Source: Eledone cirrhosa (taxonomy: Eukaryota). Taken from it: a stretch of 64,000 nucleotides of DNA. Positions within the stretch are counted from its first letter, which is position 1, and each line of letters opens with the position of its first letter. Positions 23,182-39,429 of the stretch are shown in pieces. The notes below the pieces were generated by a model. That model was not told where the DNA came from and made no database searches. It saw only the letters and a list, made by a program, of their open reading frames with translations. The translations under genes and the position numbers were made by a program. Where the stretch lies: assembly GCA_964016885.1 (NCBI GenBank), contig OZ024752.1:44206001-44270000 (forward strand), given 5' to 3'.

Positions 23182-26100
23182 ATGGCTCAATCAAGTAATG
23201 TCGCCGGTGATTCTTCACACGAACATTCGGAATCAAAAAAGAAAAAAAGTTCAACTGCGACAAGTTTTACCCTCGAAAGTATAATAGTTTCCTTGATCTT
23301 TTTTTGTTATATTTGTTTATAATGTAACTGTTATTCTAATAGAAATACCGACTTGTTTCTCAGTTGTCAGAAATGGTTCGGAATTTTGCACTATTTTGTT
23401 ATTCATTAGAAATAATTTCCCCCCCAAATATTTCTATATTTCGTCCGATTCTGTCATGGATTAATTATAATTTATAAGCAAAACTTCCTGAGTGTGTTTT
23501 CCTTGTTTTAATGTTTAGATACGTGTCACGTATGACAAATGGTGTTTTAATTCTCGTGCAATTTGTCTCCTTTCCTCGACGTTCGTCAGCTGCTATGGAG
23601 AGATTGTTCAACTGATTCCATCATTTTTTATCCTCATAAGCACGTGTATAGCATTGATCCAACTGTTGTGTTCAATACACTGATAGATATTCCCTATGAT
23701 CCGAATCTCTATTTAAATGTGTGTCCTATCCATATGGTGTCTGCCTCTATTTCCTAACACGTGGAAAGAGTGCAATCTTGACAGTCTTGGTCATATAACA
23801 GCAAAATATTTCATTTCATCGACTACTACATGTTTTCAACTTCAATTCCATTTAAAATTTACATTTTCGTTTTCTCTTCCCAACAAGAATACTGTACCTG
23901 GTGCCTATCTTATTTCCAATAATATTAAAAGGGATTTCAGTTTTTTTCCTACGTGTTTTAAATGATATTTGCTTTATTATTTTTTATTTTATTTTAGATT
24001 TATAATAATTCAGGCGTCTTAGTCTAGGTTTTATCTGATTGTCATAAAGGAGGGCAATTTACGACAAAATCGGTAGAGCGACATAGAAAATATCTTGTAG
24101 TTATTTAGGTTTCTTTCTATTCTAAGTTAAAATCCCGTCGGACTCGACTTCTTTGCCGATAAAATAAGTACCAATCAAGTACTGGAATCGATTAAATCGG
24201 CAACATCCTTCTCTTAAATATGTAGTGTTGTGTTATAATGGAAGAAAGTGATATAGCGACAGAAAGACAGGAATTTTAAGAGAGCTGGAATAGGTTCCGT
24301 CTAAATCCTCCACCGTATTGATGAATAAGTAGAACAAATGGCGTGCACTAGATAAGGCTGGAATGCTGAAAAACTGGAAGTGTTAGGTGTATAGAGCTCT
24401 GAGAGAAGAAGTTTGCCAATGTCCTATGGCAAGATCAAGCTAGTGAGGTGTTTCAGATCTTAAGACGATGTGTCAGTTTGAGGCAAAATGTTGGTGGTGA
24501 AACCTGGATCCAGAATAACAGTGGGACTCATAAGAAAAGGGGGACTATCCCCAGTAGACCCAACAGAGCAGGGTTTCCAAATCTTTTGGCCTACAAGCTG
24601 GCTATATTTTTTTGTTTTGTACACAAATTCTTCCTCCATTCTACTTTCAAATGATCTCGTACCACTCTTGCTGGGGATGGAACATTGGAAGATTTTGATT
24701 TAAATAGGAACTTCTTAAAATGAGTTGCTTTGTTTCATAGAACCAGAGCTAGTTTTAGGCAGCTTGGTGTTAAAAGGGTTAATATCAAAACAGTTAATTA
24801 GTAAAGTTATATATAGAACAAGTATTGATTTATTTATATGGGAGGAATCAGCAAAGGTTGGTCTTCAGCTGAGTTGGGTGAAGACCCAGCTGATACATGT
24901 CAGCAATGGCCCAGATTCTCCCCTACAACAATGAAGATCAACTGCAGATAGCAGAGCCCTGAGGACCATCAAGAACATCAGATGGTATCACCATGTATCA
25001 GCCTGCAGCCTCTTGTCACATTGCTCTTGTATGGACATGTCTTCTGCCAGATGATCCTACCATGTCCTTACTCTCATTAACACAGCTACTGCAAGCTAGA
25101 GGCCATGCACCAGATGCCTGGATGAGATTAAGGAAGATCTCCAGAAGCTTGCAGAGGGGCTGACACAGGACCGCCAGCGATGGAGGGGAGTGGTAGAGCT
25201 GGTCAGTTCTATGTGCGATGATGCTTCTAGGATTGCTGACTTAGGATGGCTCCAGTCCCATCGAGCAAGAAGAAATCAATATATATTATCATCATCATCA
25301 TCATCACCATTGTTTTGTCTGTCTTTCCATGTTGGCATGGGTTCGTTAAATTCTCTCCAGTGTAGCATCTCTGCACATGTTTCTTTCCTTTGTGAGGTTC
25401 AGTTTCTTTAGATCAGCTTTCATCAGTTCTAACCACGTCTTCTATAATGTAATTTATGTGAAAATGTTAACTGATAGTCCCATGTAGTGTTTTTCTTTTA
25501 GTCTTTCAAATTGTGTGTATCTTTTCTTCACAAATATATTAATCTTCAGTTTTACAGATAATTAAGGAAGCCCAACAGCAACATGGCCTTAGACATGGAG
25601 ATTATCAACGTTATAGGTAAAATTAACTTTCATTATTTTCAGTATCGGTAGAGGGTCGGTCACCATGCTTTGACGCATAGAGTTATGGGCCTTGCCATTC
25701 TGAGTTCAAATCCCGCCGAGGTTAACTTTGCCTTTCATCCTTACGGGGTCGATAAAATAAAGTACCAGTAATGTACTGGGTAATTGCTGGCCTTGTGCCT
25801 AAAAGTAGAAACAATTATTTTATTAAGCATATATGTATGGAAAATACTTTACTTTTTCATTGTATAACTTATAGTTTTACGTCAAATTCTCAGGTTGTTT
25901 TTGTGGTACCAGCCCTACCACCTTACACTGTAGACTGGGTGCTTTTTGTTGTGGCACCAGCATGACCACCTGCAGAGTAGACTGGGTGCTTTTTGTTGTG
26001 GCACCAGCCCTACCACCTTACAGAGTAGACTGGGTGCTTTTTGTTGTGGTACCAGCCCTACCACCTTACAGAGTAGACTGGGTGCTTTTTGTTGTGGTAC

Positions 26101-29100
26101 CAGCCCTACCACCTTACAGAGTGGACTGGGTGTAATTTGGACTCAGAATGTAAAGATTCACAACAGATGCTGCAAGGAATCTCATTTGATGCTCTACCAA
26201 TTCTGTCAGTTCACCATCCTAGACTGGTATTTTATTCAGGGCTCCAAATGATAAAGTTAAACTCAAGACTGTGCCAAGTCAAACTAAGTTCTGCAAGGTT
26301 TTCTAACAACTTTGCCCAATTGTAACAGTATTTCGTCCTCCTCAGTTCTCAGTTCAAACCCTGTTATGTTTGACGTCCATTTTTTATAGTCCAGTTAGAT
26401 AACACTTGTGTTTAAGATAGAAATCATTGCTTTCTTTCTTTTCTTTCTTGCATATCCTTAATGTTTCAATTATATTCTATTTTACAGAAGTTATTGTAGC
26501 CGTCGACTCCGTCGTATACGAAAGTCTCTCCATTTTCCCCAGGGAAACAAGCATAAAGTTATCCCGAAAAAAATCAACAATGAAATGCTAGTTGATATCC
26601 GGTAATTATTACTATATTAATCTAGATTTAATAATTACTTTTCCGTGTATGAAATATAAAACAATGATTGACTTCCAACAGTTTCTTAGTTTTGGTTGTG
26701 AGCTAAGAAACAGCTATTAACCCTTTACCATATAAACTGGTCGTATCTGGCCAGACTCACTTCTTTCTGTTCAAACCAGCTGTAACTGGCCGCTCACACT
26801 AATGTTATGGTATTGTTCTCAAAATAAATAATATCAAAATCTCATAGATTCGATATTATGTGAGGTAAAGCCTTTACTGCAAAAATACAATAGTATATAT
26901 AGAGTAATGTAAATGCTAAAGAGTTAATGTGTAAATTATATTTATACATTTTTTTTCCAACAAATATATATATATTGAGAATTTCAGTATTTTGCTATTT
27001 ATCTTTGTTGTTTTTTAATTGCAGATATCTACACCTTCCTCTCTTTTCTGCTGAAAGAGCATGGGGTTATTTCATGCAGCTGAAAGCTGAGGCTAACACA
27101 GAACATAGAAAACAGTTCCATATGTTGTCTCGTTTGAAAAAGGCTGTGAGTCATGCAGATGATTTAGCAAAGCTTTGTGATAGTGCTAAATGCGATGCTC
27201 GAACTAAACTTGAAGCCCATGTTTGTATATTTATTTGTTCTTAGTGTTTGATAATCTATGTATGAAGATTCACTGCAATCTAGAAAGATTAGTTTTCTCA
27301 TTATTTCTAAGGTCTAATTATTTTACTAATAATTGAGTTGATAAAATAAAACTACCAGTTAAATACTGGGTCAATATAATAAACTATTCTCTTCCCTCAA
27401 TCTTATGGTTTTATGTATTACTTTTGTTGTGAATTTTTGTTTCTTTTGTGGGTTTAAAAAAAAAAATTTTTTTTAGGGCTACCAAGCATGGATGAAAGGG
27501 ACTTTAGAATTTGAGCTGGAAAACTGGGCAGATGCTATTGAATTCTATACTAATTCTGAAACTATCTACTCCAAATTGGCCAGTGCCTTCACAGATGAAA
27601 CAAAAGATCTGTATCTTCAGCGGGTGTCTGAAGTAGCACCCAATATTCGCTACTGCAGCTTTAGAATTGGTGATGAATCAGCCATCAAGGACCTTATGCG
27701 AATGAGACTTGAATCTGGACAGGATGCTCAACTTGCACATCTTGATGTTAGTATTTTAAATTTCCTATTATATAATTTATCTTAATGTGGTTCTAAGCTA
27801 TTTATTTTACTGGTTTCAGCTGTATACAACTTGTCTACTTCTTAGTGGATAGCTTTATTTTCTTTAACCCTTTAGCATTTAAACTGGCTGTATCCAGCCA
27901 GAATCCTCTCATCGCTTTCTGTTCAAACTGGCCATGTTTTACTATATTTTGGCAATATTAGGACGACATGACCCTCCCCAAATATAACAGATAATTATAT
28001 ATATTTTTTTTGTTTTATTACTTCAGCAACTTCTTTCTCAAACTCGTGAAAAACAAGCTGCAACTCTCTCTAATGTTACATGGCGTAATCGTACCGTTCC
28101 TGTGAAGAACGAGCAGGTCAGAGTTTTCTTATTAAACCTTCAAGAAAGTTCCAAACAAGTCGAAACAGCTGAAGGCTTTGACAGGAAAGTGTCTATTATT
28201 GAAAGTTTACTAAAACAATGTATAGATGCTTTACAAGTTCTCAGAGATGCATTACAAGATGACCAGGTAATTTACTATTTCATTAAGCTCTTTATCATAT
28301 TTCTAATGAAATACAGTGTTTTAATTAATTCATGAAGAATTTGGAAGAATTATTAATTATTTCATTAAGATGGCATTTGTAACATAACAAAAGGTTCTTA
28401 TATAAAATTATGTTGGAAGAACTTGTTTTTTTATTGTCTTTTCATGGAACCAGAGGCAATTTTGGGCGGGTTGGTATTGTAATGGTGATACACTGTCTAG
28501 CAAGGAATGGTATTGTAATGGTGATACACTGCCTAGTAAGGAATGGTATTGTAATGGTGATACACTGTCTAGCAAGGGATGGTATTGTAATGGTGATATA
28601 CTTGTTAACAAGGGTTGATTTTACTCAAAGTTTTCTAACTTGTAAGTTTTTATTTTCTGTGTAGAACTTCAAAGCAGCGTTGCGTGGTCAGACTATTGAA
28701 GTGAGGATCTCTAATCAGCATTATTTGCACTCCTACCTCACTTATATCAGGCTTACCAAAACGATTGAACGAAATCTTCTCCTTATTGATAATTTGAAAC
28801 GATATCTTCCTAATAAAACCATCCCAGAAGGGAAGAAAGTTACCAAACCTCAAGATTTGGTGCGGCTTTATGATATCATTATTCAGGTAAGTTCCACAAA
28901 ATTATTTATTATTATTTTTTTTGTAAATGTTTGTTAATGTGTTACAAAAGGGGACACCCAGGTTCCGGCTATGAATTGTAGGATCTCCCAATGTTCAGTC
29001 AACTACTATATCATAGTGGTCTTCATTGTCACTAATTTTATCTCTTCAGTTTTCAATGATAAACTCAATCTAATTAACAGTAAGGTATAGCTTCTGTTTG

Positions 29101-31161
29101 TTAATTATGTATCATATGTCAATAATGATATTCTATTTTAATTACCTTTAATTAGAACAATCTGTCATGTGAAAATAACAATTATTTATTTCCTTTCAGA
29201 ATCTAAATGAGATCTTTAACCTAGCTGGAATTGAAAATGATATGCAATTATCCAATGAAGTTAAAACTTTAATTCAAAGTTTTAAATCTTTTAGGTAAGT
29301 AACTTCTCTTTTCTGTGGAATGGTCGAAAACTTTTAAAAGATAGACTTATTTATAAACAAGTTTCATCATTATCATCACCATTTAACGTCCATTTTTCCA
29401 CGCTAGCATGGGTTAGACGAGTTGTCCTGTTGTGAGAAATGCCGGGTCAGATGACCATGTCTTGCTCATATAGAACTGTTTCTGGCTTGGTTTCTACAGC
29501 TGGATGCCCTTCCTAACACCAACCTTATTTAAAGTGTCTGGTTGGTGCTTTTAAATTGACACCAACAAACCACTTTACGGTGTAGGATGGGGACTTTAGT
29601 TGGGGAGGTAGGTCTTCTAAACAATTACAAGTAAACTGTAAAACATTTTGAAAATGTCTGTTCTTTTACTCTATTATTCAGTCTTTAAATCTTCCAACAT
29701 AATTATATATAAGAACCTTTCATTAAGTTACTATCTTAGTAATAATTTATTATTTGAGTAGATCCCTCAGAATTCTTCATTAATTAATTGAAATAGAGTG
29801 TATTTCATTAGATATATGGTCATTAAAGGGTTAAGTGGTTTTGTTTCATAGAAAGAGAAGCAGTTTTTGGTGTGGCCATTCTCTGATAGGTTTGTGGTTG
29901 AGACTGTAGCAGTGGGGACTTCTGGCATCCTTGGCCCCTGGACCACATCCCTAACTGTGTCAACACCACGAAGTGGAGTGGATGTTCTACCAAGTGTATT
30001 TAATTAGAAATGTGGTCATGAAAGGGTAAAAGTCTTTATTCCTATATTTGTTTGTGTTTATTTCAGAACTTTCTACATTGCTCTTTCATACTCGATGGAT
30101 AAGAAGTGGAAGGAATCGATAGCATTATATGAAAGAGTTCTTAGCTATATTGGACTAGCTTTAGAAGGTTACAAGGGACTTCATACCTCTGGAATATTCT
30201 TAAATATAAAGGTAAGTCAAACAAGTTTATTTTGTTATCGGTGACTAATATTTCACGTCAGTCTACACAGCTGGCAAAAGTGAGTTGTAACTGTAATTGA
30301 AGAGTCCAGCTTTGACACACATTGTCATGCTGGATCTCCCTGAGAACTATGTTGAGGGTGCATGTGTCTGTTCTATTGATTAAATCAACTGGTGCACTGG
30401 TTGTCAGAAATGACAAATCAAACAACATACCATAATAGCTGGCCTATTGGACGCCCCTTTGTATAAGATGCCCCCCTGGTTTTACAAGAACATTTTGAGA
30501 ATGTTCCACCAATTGTTAAAGTTATCTCTCTCTTAACAAATGAAATTCCAGAGTCTGTTGAAATTTTGTACAATTTTGAATGTTAGACATTTCAATGATT
30601 TGTATATATATATTATTTCTTCATTAGAATGAAAAACAGAAGATTGAAGCATTGCAGAAGGAATCTTCATGTATGAAAGACTCTTGCCATGCTTCTAGTA
30701 TTCTTGGAAATACTGGACTTGAACCAGTCAGAAATATCTCTCACAAGAAGGTAACACTTTACATTTCTATTTTTATCAGATTCCTAATCCCAAAATTTTA
30801 GTTGAATATATTTTAACCCTTTCAATCCATAATTTAAAGGGATTAATACTGCTGTAATTTTATTTACATTATAAGAAAACCTCACTTGTTTGTTTTTTAT
30901 GATTGTTTTGTTATAAAATATTGTTTATTTTTACAGCTTCTCATGGACAGGCTGGAGCAGTATTTTGAAGACCCATCATTAATTAGTAAACATCCCAAAC
31001 TTGTAACCTTCCCACCAGAATTTGAGCCGATTCCTTGTCGACCTCTCTTCTTTGACCTGGCTCTCAATCATATTTCATTTCCGTCCTTGGATGGCAAGAT
31101 TGAACAGAAGAGTATTTCTGAAATGGTGAAAGGTTGGTTCTGGGGTGGAAGCAAAAAGTAA
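23182..31161 (+). CDS. SRP68: Signal recognition particle subunit SRP68, 11 exons, 597 aa
   Basis: Exons: 23182-23278, 25550-25616, 26488-26601, 27025-27220, 27477-27746, 28027-28266, 28665-28886, 29200-29294, 30067-30211, 30628-30750, 30937-31161 (1794 nt, GT-AG, phase-consistent). Hallmarks: [79 protein letters not shown], C-terminal VKGWFWGG. Confidence 0.95.
24066..24200 (+). mobile_element. SINE family A copy (diverged)
   Basis: atcggtagagcg ... aatcccgtcgg ... cgataaaataagtacca. Confidence 0.55.
24935..25255 (+). mobile_element. Decayed RTE-like 3' end in SRP68 intron 1
   Basis: agatggtatcaccatgt (RWY.H), ggccatgcaccagatgcctggatgagattaaggaagat (RP..RW.D.IKED) and caggaccgccagcgatggagg (QDRQRWR). 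Confidence 0.55.
25643..25818 (+). mobile_element. SINE family A copy
   Basis: tcggtagagggtcgg ... gagttcaaatcccgccgaggttaactttgcctttcatccttacggggtcgataaaataaagtaccag. Confidence 0.85.
25900..26132. repeat. Tandem repeat of about 50 bp, 4 copies, derived from SINE family B
   Basis: gtggtaccagccctaccaccttacagagtagactgggtgctttttgtt. Confidence 0.85.
26717..26927 (+). mobile_element. piggyBac-type MITE copy
   Basis: ttaa|ccctttacc ... taaatgctaaagag|ttaa. Confidence 0.75.
28472..28600. repeat. 36-bp tandem repeat, about 3.5 copies, in an SRP68 intron
   Basis: tggtattgtaatggtgatacactgtctagcaaggaa. Confidence 0.9.
29365..29590 (-). mobile_element. SINE family B copy
   Basis: catttaacgtccatttttccacgctagcatgggttag ... 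ctggatgcccttcctaacaccaacc. Confidence 0.75.
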
Positions 31162-31874
31162 AAGTTACAAATCACACAAATTGGAAGCAGCAACATTACT
31201 GTTTGTGACAAGTGAGAAAATACCTGTCTACAGGAGAAGAAATTTCATCAGATAGAGAATATCATCCAGTTGGTTAATATGTAAGCAGGACAGTCAACTC
31301 TGGAAATCACTTCAAAACTAGAAATTGGCAAGTGAAGAAATATTCATAAAGTTAAATTCATTTTATTAAAATAAATCAATAAAGGCAAAAATTGTATCAA
31401 GTGATGAGAAAAATACAGTAAAGATCTTCAGTTAAATATTTACTTCCAAGACTTTCTATATCTTCAAAAGGGTTGTTTAGTTTTATGAACTGTTTCTCTG
31501 ATGTAATAAAAAGAAAAAAAAATCTGGTTAAAATCTAAGAAAGATTTTAAAAAAAAACCCAACATTTTTAATCCATTAACATTTTGTGAATTGCTAACTG
31601 TACTGGGAAACAATATAGCCTCTGGAATCTTATGATGGATTTTCATTGTGGAAAATTTTGAAAATAAAGCAGTTTTAACTAAAAAGATAAAGAAAATTGT
31701 TTTTCTAAAATTCAGTTATTTTTATGTCTCTTTTTTTAAAAAAATTTCTTCATCAATTCTATTGATTACTATTTGGTATATAATGTAAATCAATAAAAAT
31801 ACAAAAGATGGGTTCATTGACATAGAAAGAACACACGGACATGGCGATGTTAAGAAGTTTAAGGTACAATAAAT

Positions 31875-32817
31875 AGTCCTGGTCAAAACTGACCAGGACA
31901 AGGGGCAATGTTAATAAACCAGGACACTGGGGTAATGTTAATAAACCTGGACAGCCCTGGTCAAAACTGACCAGGACACTGGGTCATTGTTAAACCTGGA
32001 CAGGCCAAGACACTGGGGCAATGTTAATAAACCTGGACAGTCCTGGTCAAGACTGGCCAGGACACTGGGGCAATGTTAAACCTAGACAGTCCTGGTCAAA
32101 ACTGACCAGGGCATTGTTAAACCTGGACAGTCCTGGTCAAAACAGGCCAGGACACTGGGGCATTGTTAAACCTGGACAGGCCAAGACACTGGGGCAATGT
32201 TAATAAACCTGGACAGTCCTGGTCAAGACTGGCCAGGACACTGGGGCAATGTTAAACCTAGACAGTCCTGGTCAAAACTGACCAGGGCATTGTTAAACCT
32301 GGACAGTCCTGGTCAAAACAGGCCAGGACACTGAGGCAATGTTAATAAACCTGGACAGTCCTGGTCAAGACTGGCCAGGACACTGGGGCAATGTTAAACC
32401 TAGACAGTCCTGGTCAAAACTGACCAGGACACTGGGGCATTGTTAAACCTGGTCAAAACAGGCCAGGACACTGAGGCAATGTTAATAAACCTGGACAGTC
32501 CTGGTCAAAACTGACCAGGACACTGGGGCAATGTTAAACCTAGACAGTCCTGGTCAAAACTGACCAGGACACTGGGGCATTGTTAAACCTGGACAGTCCT
32601 GGTCAAAACTGACCAGGACACTGGGGCATTGTTAAACCTGGACAGTCCTGGTCAAAACTGACCAGGACAAGGGCATTGTTAAACCTGGACAGTCCTGGTC
32701 AAGACTGGCTAGGACACTGGGGCATTGTTAAACCTGGACAGTCCTGGTCAAAACTGACCAGGACAAGGGCATTGTTAAACCTGGACAGTCCTGGTCAAGA
32801 CTGGCTAGGACACTGGA
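31875..32817. repeat. Hairpin-containing minisatellite, unit about 50 bp
   Basis: Unit ttaaacctggacagtcctggtcaaaactgaccaggacactggggcaatg. Confidence 0.95.
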
Positions 32818-33085
32818 ATGTTGAAGCTGACACATTACTGCATTAACTCCTGCCTTCCACCACTCGTGAACATGTTCCCGAGATACTTGAACTTCTCTAC
32901 CTGCTTCAGTGGAACTCCAGTCACATGTAGAGTGTACTGTGCTGGCCTCCTTGAGAAGACAAGTGTCTCAGTTTTTGCAGAACTGATTTTCATTCCAGCC
33001 ATGTAGCACTCGGCATCAAACCTATCAAGTGGAAGTCGGAGATCATCTTCTGTCGAGTTAAGTAACATCATGTCTGCAGATTCCA
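32818..33085 (-). mobile_element. Degenerate RTE-like reverse transcriptase fragment
   Basis: AGMKISSAKTETLVFS...LKQVEKFKYLG, typical of the distal RT domains. Confidence 0.75.
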
Positions 33086-33292
33086 GCAGACTGGTTTGAC
33101 ACCCGTCAAATTAAAAGATATGAGAGTGAAATATAAAATACAAACAAAACGTGTGTTCTTGTATATATTTTATTGGAAATATCGCTTTAAAACCAAGAAA
33201 CAGAACTCTTACAGACTTATTTGAAAGTTATCTCCCCTACATTTTGGGACAAACCAAGTTAAACTGGAAGAGTTTATTAACCATAAGAGGGT

Positions 33293-33359
33293 ACTTCCGG
33301 TGTAACGAACTCAATATAAATAACGAGACGGCTCCCATTTCCTCTTTCTCACAGACCAT
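33293..33359 (+). promoter_or_regulatory. RPS2 promoter and non-coding first exon with a TCT/5'-TOP pyrimidine tract
   Basis: ETS-like acttccgg at 33293-33300, TATA-like tataaat at 33315-33321, pyrimidine tract tttcctctttctc at about 33338-33350, then a gtaagt donor at 33360 that can splice to the acceptor just before the ATG at 33551. This is the typical layout of a ribosomal protein gene. Confidence 0.75.
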
Positions 33360-33550
33360 GTAAGTGTCTACATCTTTAATTGTAGTCGTCTTAATTAAAT
33401 TATTACATTAAATAGATTTAACACTAAATTATTCTAGAAAATTAGAAATATTCTTATTTAAAGATATTATCTATAGTTTTAAGTTTAAATATCACAAATA
33501 TCTTTATTGAAGAAAAAATCCAAAGATAATTTTTCTATATTTTTGTAGCA

Positions 33551-35636
<2,086 letters not shown>

Positions 35637-35779
35637 CGACTTGCAGTGTCTCTTCACTGAAATGGAAGCCTTGTTTTAAATAAAAAGAAAAATTGAATTA
35701 AACATTTTGATCTTTATTTTTTCATTCACAAGTTTGCATGCAAAGTTAGATTGTGTTCTCTCAATTAAATCAACGTCAG

Positions 35780-35875
35780 TAGTTAGTTACTGGTGCTTTA
35801 GTTTATCGACCCTGTGAGGATAGAAGGCAAAGCTGACCTCAGCGGGATTTGAACTCAACATAAAGGGCCGTAACT
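35780..35875 (-). mobile_element. SINE family A copy
   Basis: tttatcgaccctgtgaggatagaaggcaaagctgacctcagcgggatttgaactca. Confidence 0.7.
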
Positions 35876-37029
35876 CTGCACTAGAGATAATCACCATATT
35901 TTCCTGGTTCACTGGCACCATAGTCATTCCTTCTGTCAGGCACTACTGCATATTAAAATTGACATTACCCAATGTGCCTCTCCCCTTTCAAGATGAAATG
36001 GTGTAATTTGAAGTAAACTAGGTTGCTATTTTTAGCAGGTTGAGCACTGATTATATCTATGTAGGCCTGTCCAACCCTTGCTAGCCACGTAGGCAGATAT
36101 TACAATGATAATTGAGGTAAGTCCGATATTGTGAACAATGACACTAGATATTCAATTGAGGTTTAATATTGGAGCATTGTTCTGAGTAAAAGCACTTCAT
36201 GTTGCTCCAGTCCACTGAGTCATACCATGTCACTTAATGGTGATGAAACCAGGATAAGCACTGGGTTTTGAACAAACTTGTATTGACAGGAGGCTAATTG
36301 TTATACAACTAGAATTATTAAATTTTTCTTTTGCCATATACTGGTCAGGGCTTCATATAATGAAAAAATCTTGGCAAGTGACTTGATCTGGGACTGGCTG
36401 GAATAGCTCTTCCAGTGGTTTCTTCACATATATAAACCGCCTATGGAAGCATCTGAACTACCATCAGACATATATATATATATATATATATATATCACGA
36501 TATCTTTACGCAGAAATTCCATTCTAATTATAACATTTAAAGAAACTTTTGCTTGTGAAGATAAAAACGAGCTAATGTTCAATATTTACTCGCAAAACTT
36601 GGCCAGGTTTTAGGAGTTTAAAACAACATAAAATTGATATTTCATGAACTTTTTGTTCAACCATTCGGATCGGGTGCAGCAAATGCCATGTAGTTTTTTA
36701 AATTTTTTTATTTTAATGCCCCAAATTTGGAAGGGATAAGTTTTATGTATGACCCGTAACTACTGGGGCATTTTTAAAAACTCTCCAGGTCTGAATACAG
36801 CAGATCTCTTCCGAGAATGGAAGTGATACAGAGGAAAAATCGACCCTAGTACTTCACTGGTACATTCAATAACATTTTATTAGAATATCGCACCTTGTCT
36901 CTGATAAGTAACGGAACTACAAACGAAATATCGTCTGATCTCGTGTGATTCTAAACGATATCACCTCTCTCTGCCACCATAATTCTTCCTCCACCGCCAC
37001 CACCATCTGTAACAGTAATTAGAATCACT

Positions 37030-37312
37030 GCTACTATCACCACCACCTCCACCATTGCTACTACTACCCCACCACCACCATTGCTACTACCACCACCACT
37101 ACCACCACCACTACCACTACTACTATCATCACTACCACTACTATCACCACCACCACCACTTCACTACTATCACCACCACCACCACCACTTCACTACTATC
37201 ACCACCACCACCACCACTGTTACTACTATCACCACCACCACCACCACTACTACTACTACCACTATCACCACCACCACACTACTATTACTACTACCACCGC
37301 CGCCACCGCCAT
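37030..37312. repeat. (CAC/TAC)n trinucleotide tract
   Basis: Low complexity. Confidence 0.9.
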
Positions 37313-37514
37313 CTTATCAGCCATTTACTCAGTTTTGTTGTTTTGGTCTGCGATCCTCTCACGGACGATGTATGAGATGTTTACCGCTCAAAGACGGATA
37401 TTTTACCATTTCTCACTGGCTCCACAGACTTAGTGAAACACACCTGGATTAACCTCTGTATTTTAGGTAAGACATTTATTAGCTTTTCATTGCCAGCCGG
37501 AATATTAGATGAAA

Positions 37515-37589
37515 TATTGGCCGATTGTTCGAGCAAGAGAGATATAGAGATGCCTCTGGTTTAATGTTGGGGTATATATAGAGAGAGAG

Positions 37590-37628
<39 letters not shown>

Positions 37629-37725
37629 TGTTTGAATGGCAAGAAATATATAGAGAGAGGTGTATATAGAGATGTTTGTATGGCAAGATATATATATATA
37701 TATATATAGATGTTTGTATGGCAAG

Positions 37726-37760
<35 letters not shown>

Positions 37761-37805
37761 TGTTCCTATGTCTCTCTGGTTTGATATTTGACGATTGTTG
37801 GAGCA

Positions 37806-37848
<43 letters not shown>

Positions 37849-38010
37849 TCTCTGTTATTCTTTTTTACGTACATTCTTCCAGCATCATGCCGATTGTTCG
37901 AACTAAATATATATATAAAGAGAGAGAGAGATGTTTGTATGGCAAGAAAGATATGTAGATATGTTTGTATGTATGTCTGGTTTAATATTTACCGATTGTT
38001 CGAACAAGAA

Positions 38011-38065
<55 letters not shown>

Positions 38066-38303
38066 TTTTGGAAGATGTTTCTATGTCTCTCTCTGTTGTT
38101 TTTTACATACATTCTTCCTCCAACTGACAATGCTGGATATTATAACATACGTATAACATATAACACAGAGAAGATAGCATCTCATCCATCTCTCTTCCAA
38201 TATATTATGCCATATATATATATATATACTCATTATAAAAGACACATTGATACATTTATTGTAAGATACCTTCCAAACACCATCTCTCACTGTAACAATA
38301 TCT

Positions 38304-38363
<60 letters not shown>

Positions 38364-38469
38364 AGATATGTTTTATATATAATGTTGTGTGTGTATATAT
38401 ATATATATATATAGCAGAAGATATATGTTGTGTATATATATATATATATATATAGCAGAAGATATATGT

Positions 38470-38502
<33 letters not shown>

Positions 38503-38516
38503 CAGAAGATATATGT

Positions 38517-38556
<40 letters not shown>

Positions 38557-38567
38557 ATATCTTCTGC

Positions 38568-38599
<32 letters not shown>

Positions 38600-38609
38600 A
38601 TATCTTCTG

Positions 38610-38647
<38 letters not shown>

Positions 38648-38651
38648 TCTG

Positions 38652-38682
<31 letters not shown>

Positions 38683-38749
38683 ACATATATCTTCTGCTAT
38701 ATATATATATATATATAGTAAAAATATATATACAACATATATCTTCTGC

Positions 38750-38781
<32 letters not shown>

Positions 38782-38798
38782 CAACATATATCTTCTGC

Positions 38799-38830
<32 letters not shown>

Positions 38831-38981
38831 CAGCATATATCTTCAACTATATATATATAGATGTGTGTATATATATATATAACATATCTTCTGCCATATA
38901 TATATATATGTTTGTACACGCGTATGGTCATAAGGTACATTTGATTTTTGTATAATTATACATTATATTCAATTGTGTGTG

Positions 38982-39013
<32 letters not shown>

Positions 39014-39027
39014 TATAGATGTATGTA

Positions 39028-39070
<43 letters not shown>

Positions 39071-39202
39071 TGAAGAATCTTGAAGAAAATAAGGAGGGTA
39101 TGAGAGAAATTATGAATATTTTTGTAAAGATATAGCAGAATACATGTCTACCTATGTATCTAGTACATACATAGATGTTTTGTTATGAATATATATATAA
39201 AT

Positions 39203-39234
<32 letters not shown>

Positions 39235-39376
39235 GTATGTGTATATATATATATGTATGTATAAGCAAATGGGTGTAAGGATTTTAATGCATGAATTATA
39301 TATATATGTATATATATATATGTGTGTAGAGACAGAGCGAGAGAGAACCATATATCGTCTGACAAACACGTAGTAT

Positions 39377-39429
<53 letters not shown>

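Noticed and set aside
31875-32817. CRISPR-like array of palindromic repeats
   Set aside because: No unique spacers, no cas genes and a eukaryotic context; it is a minisatellite
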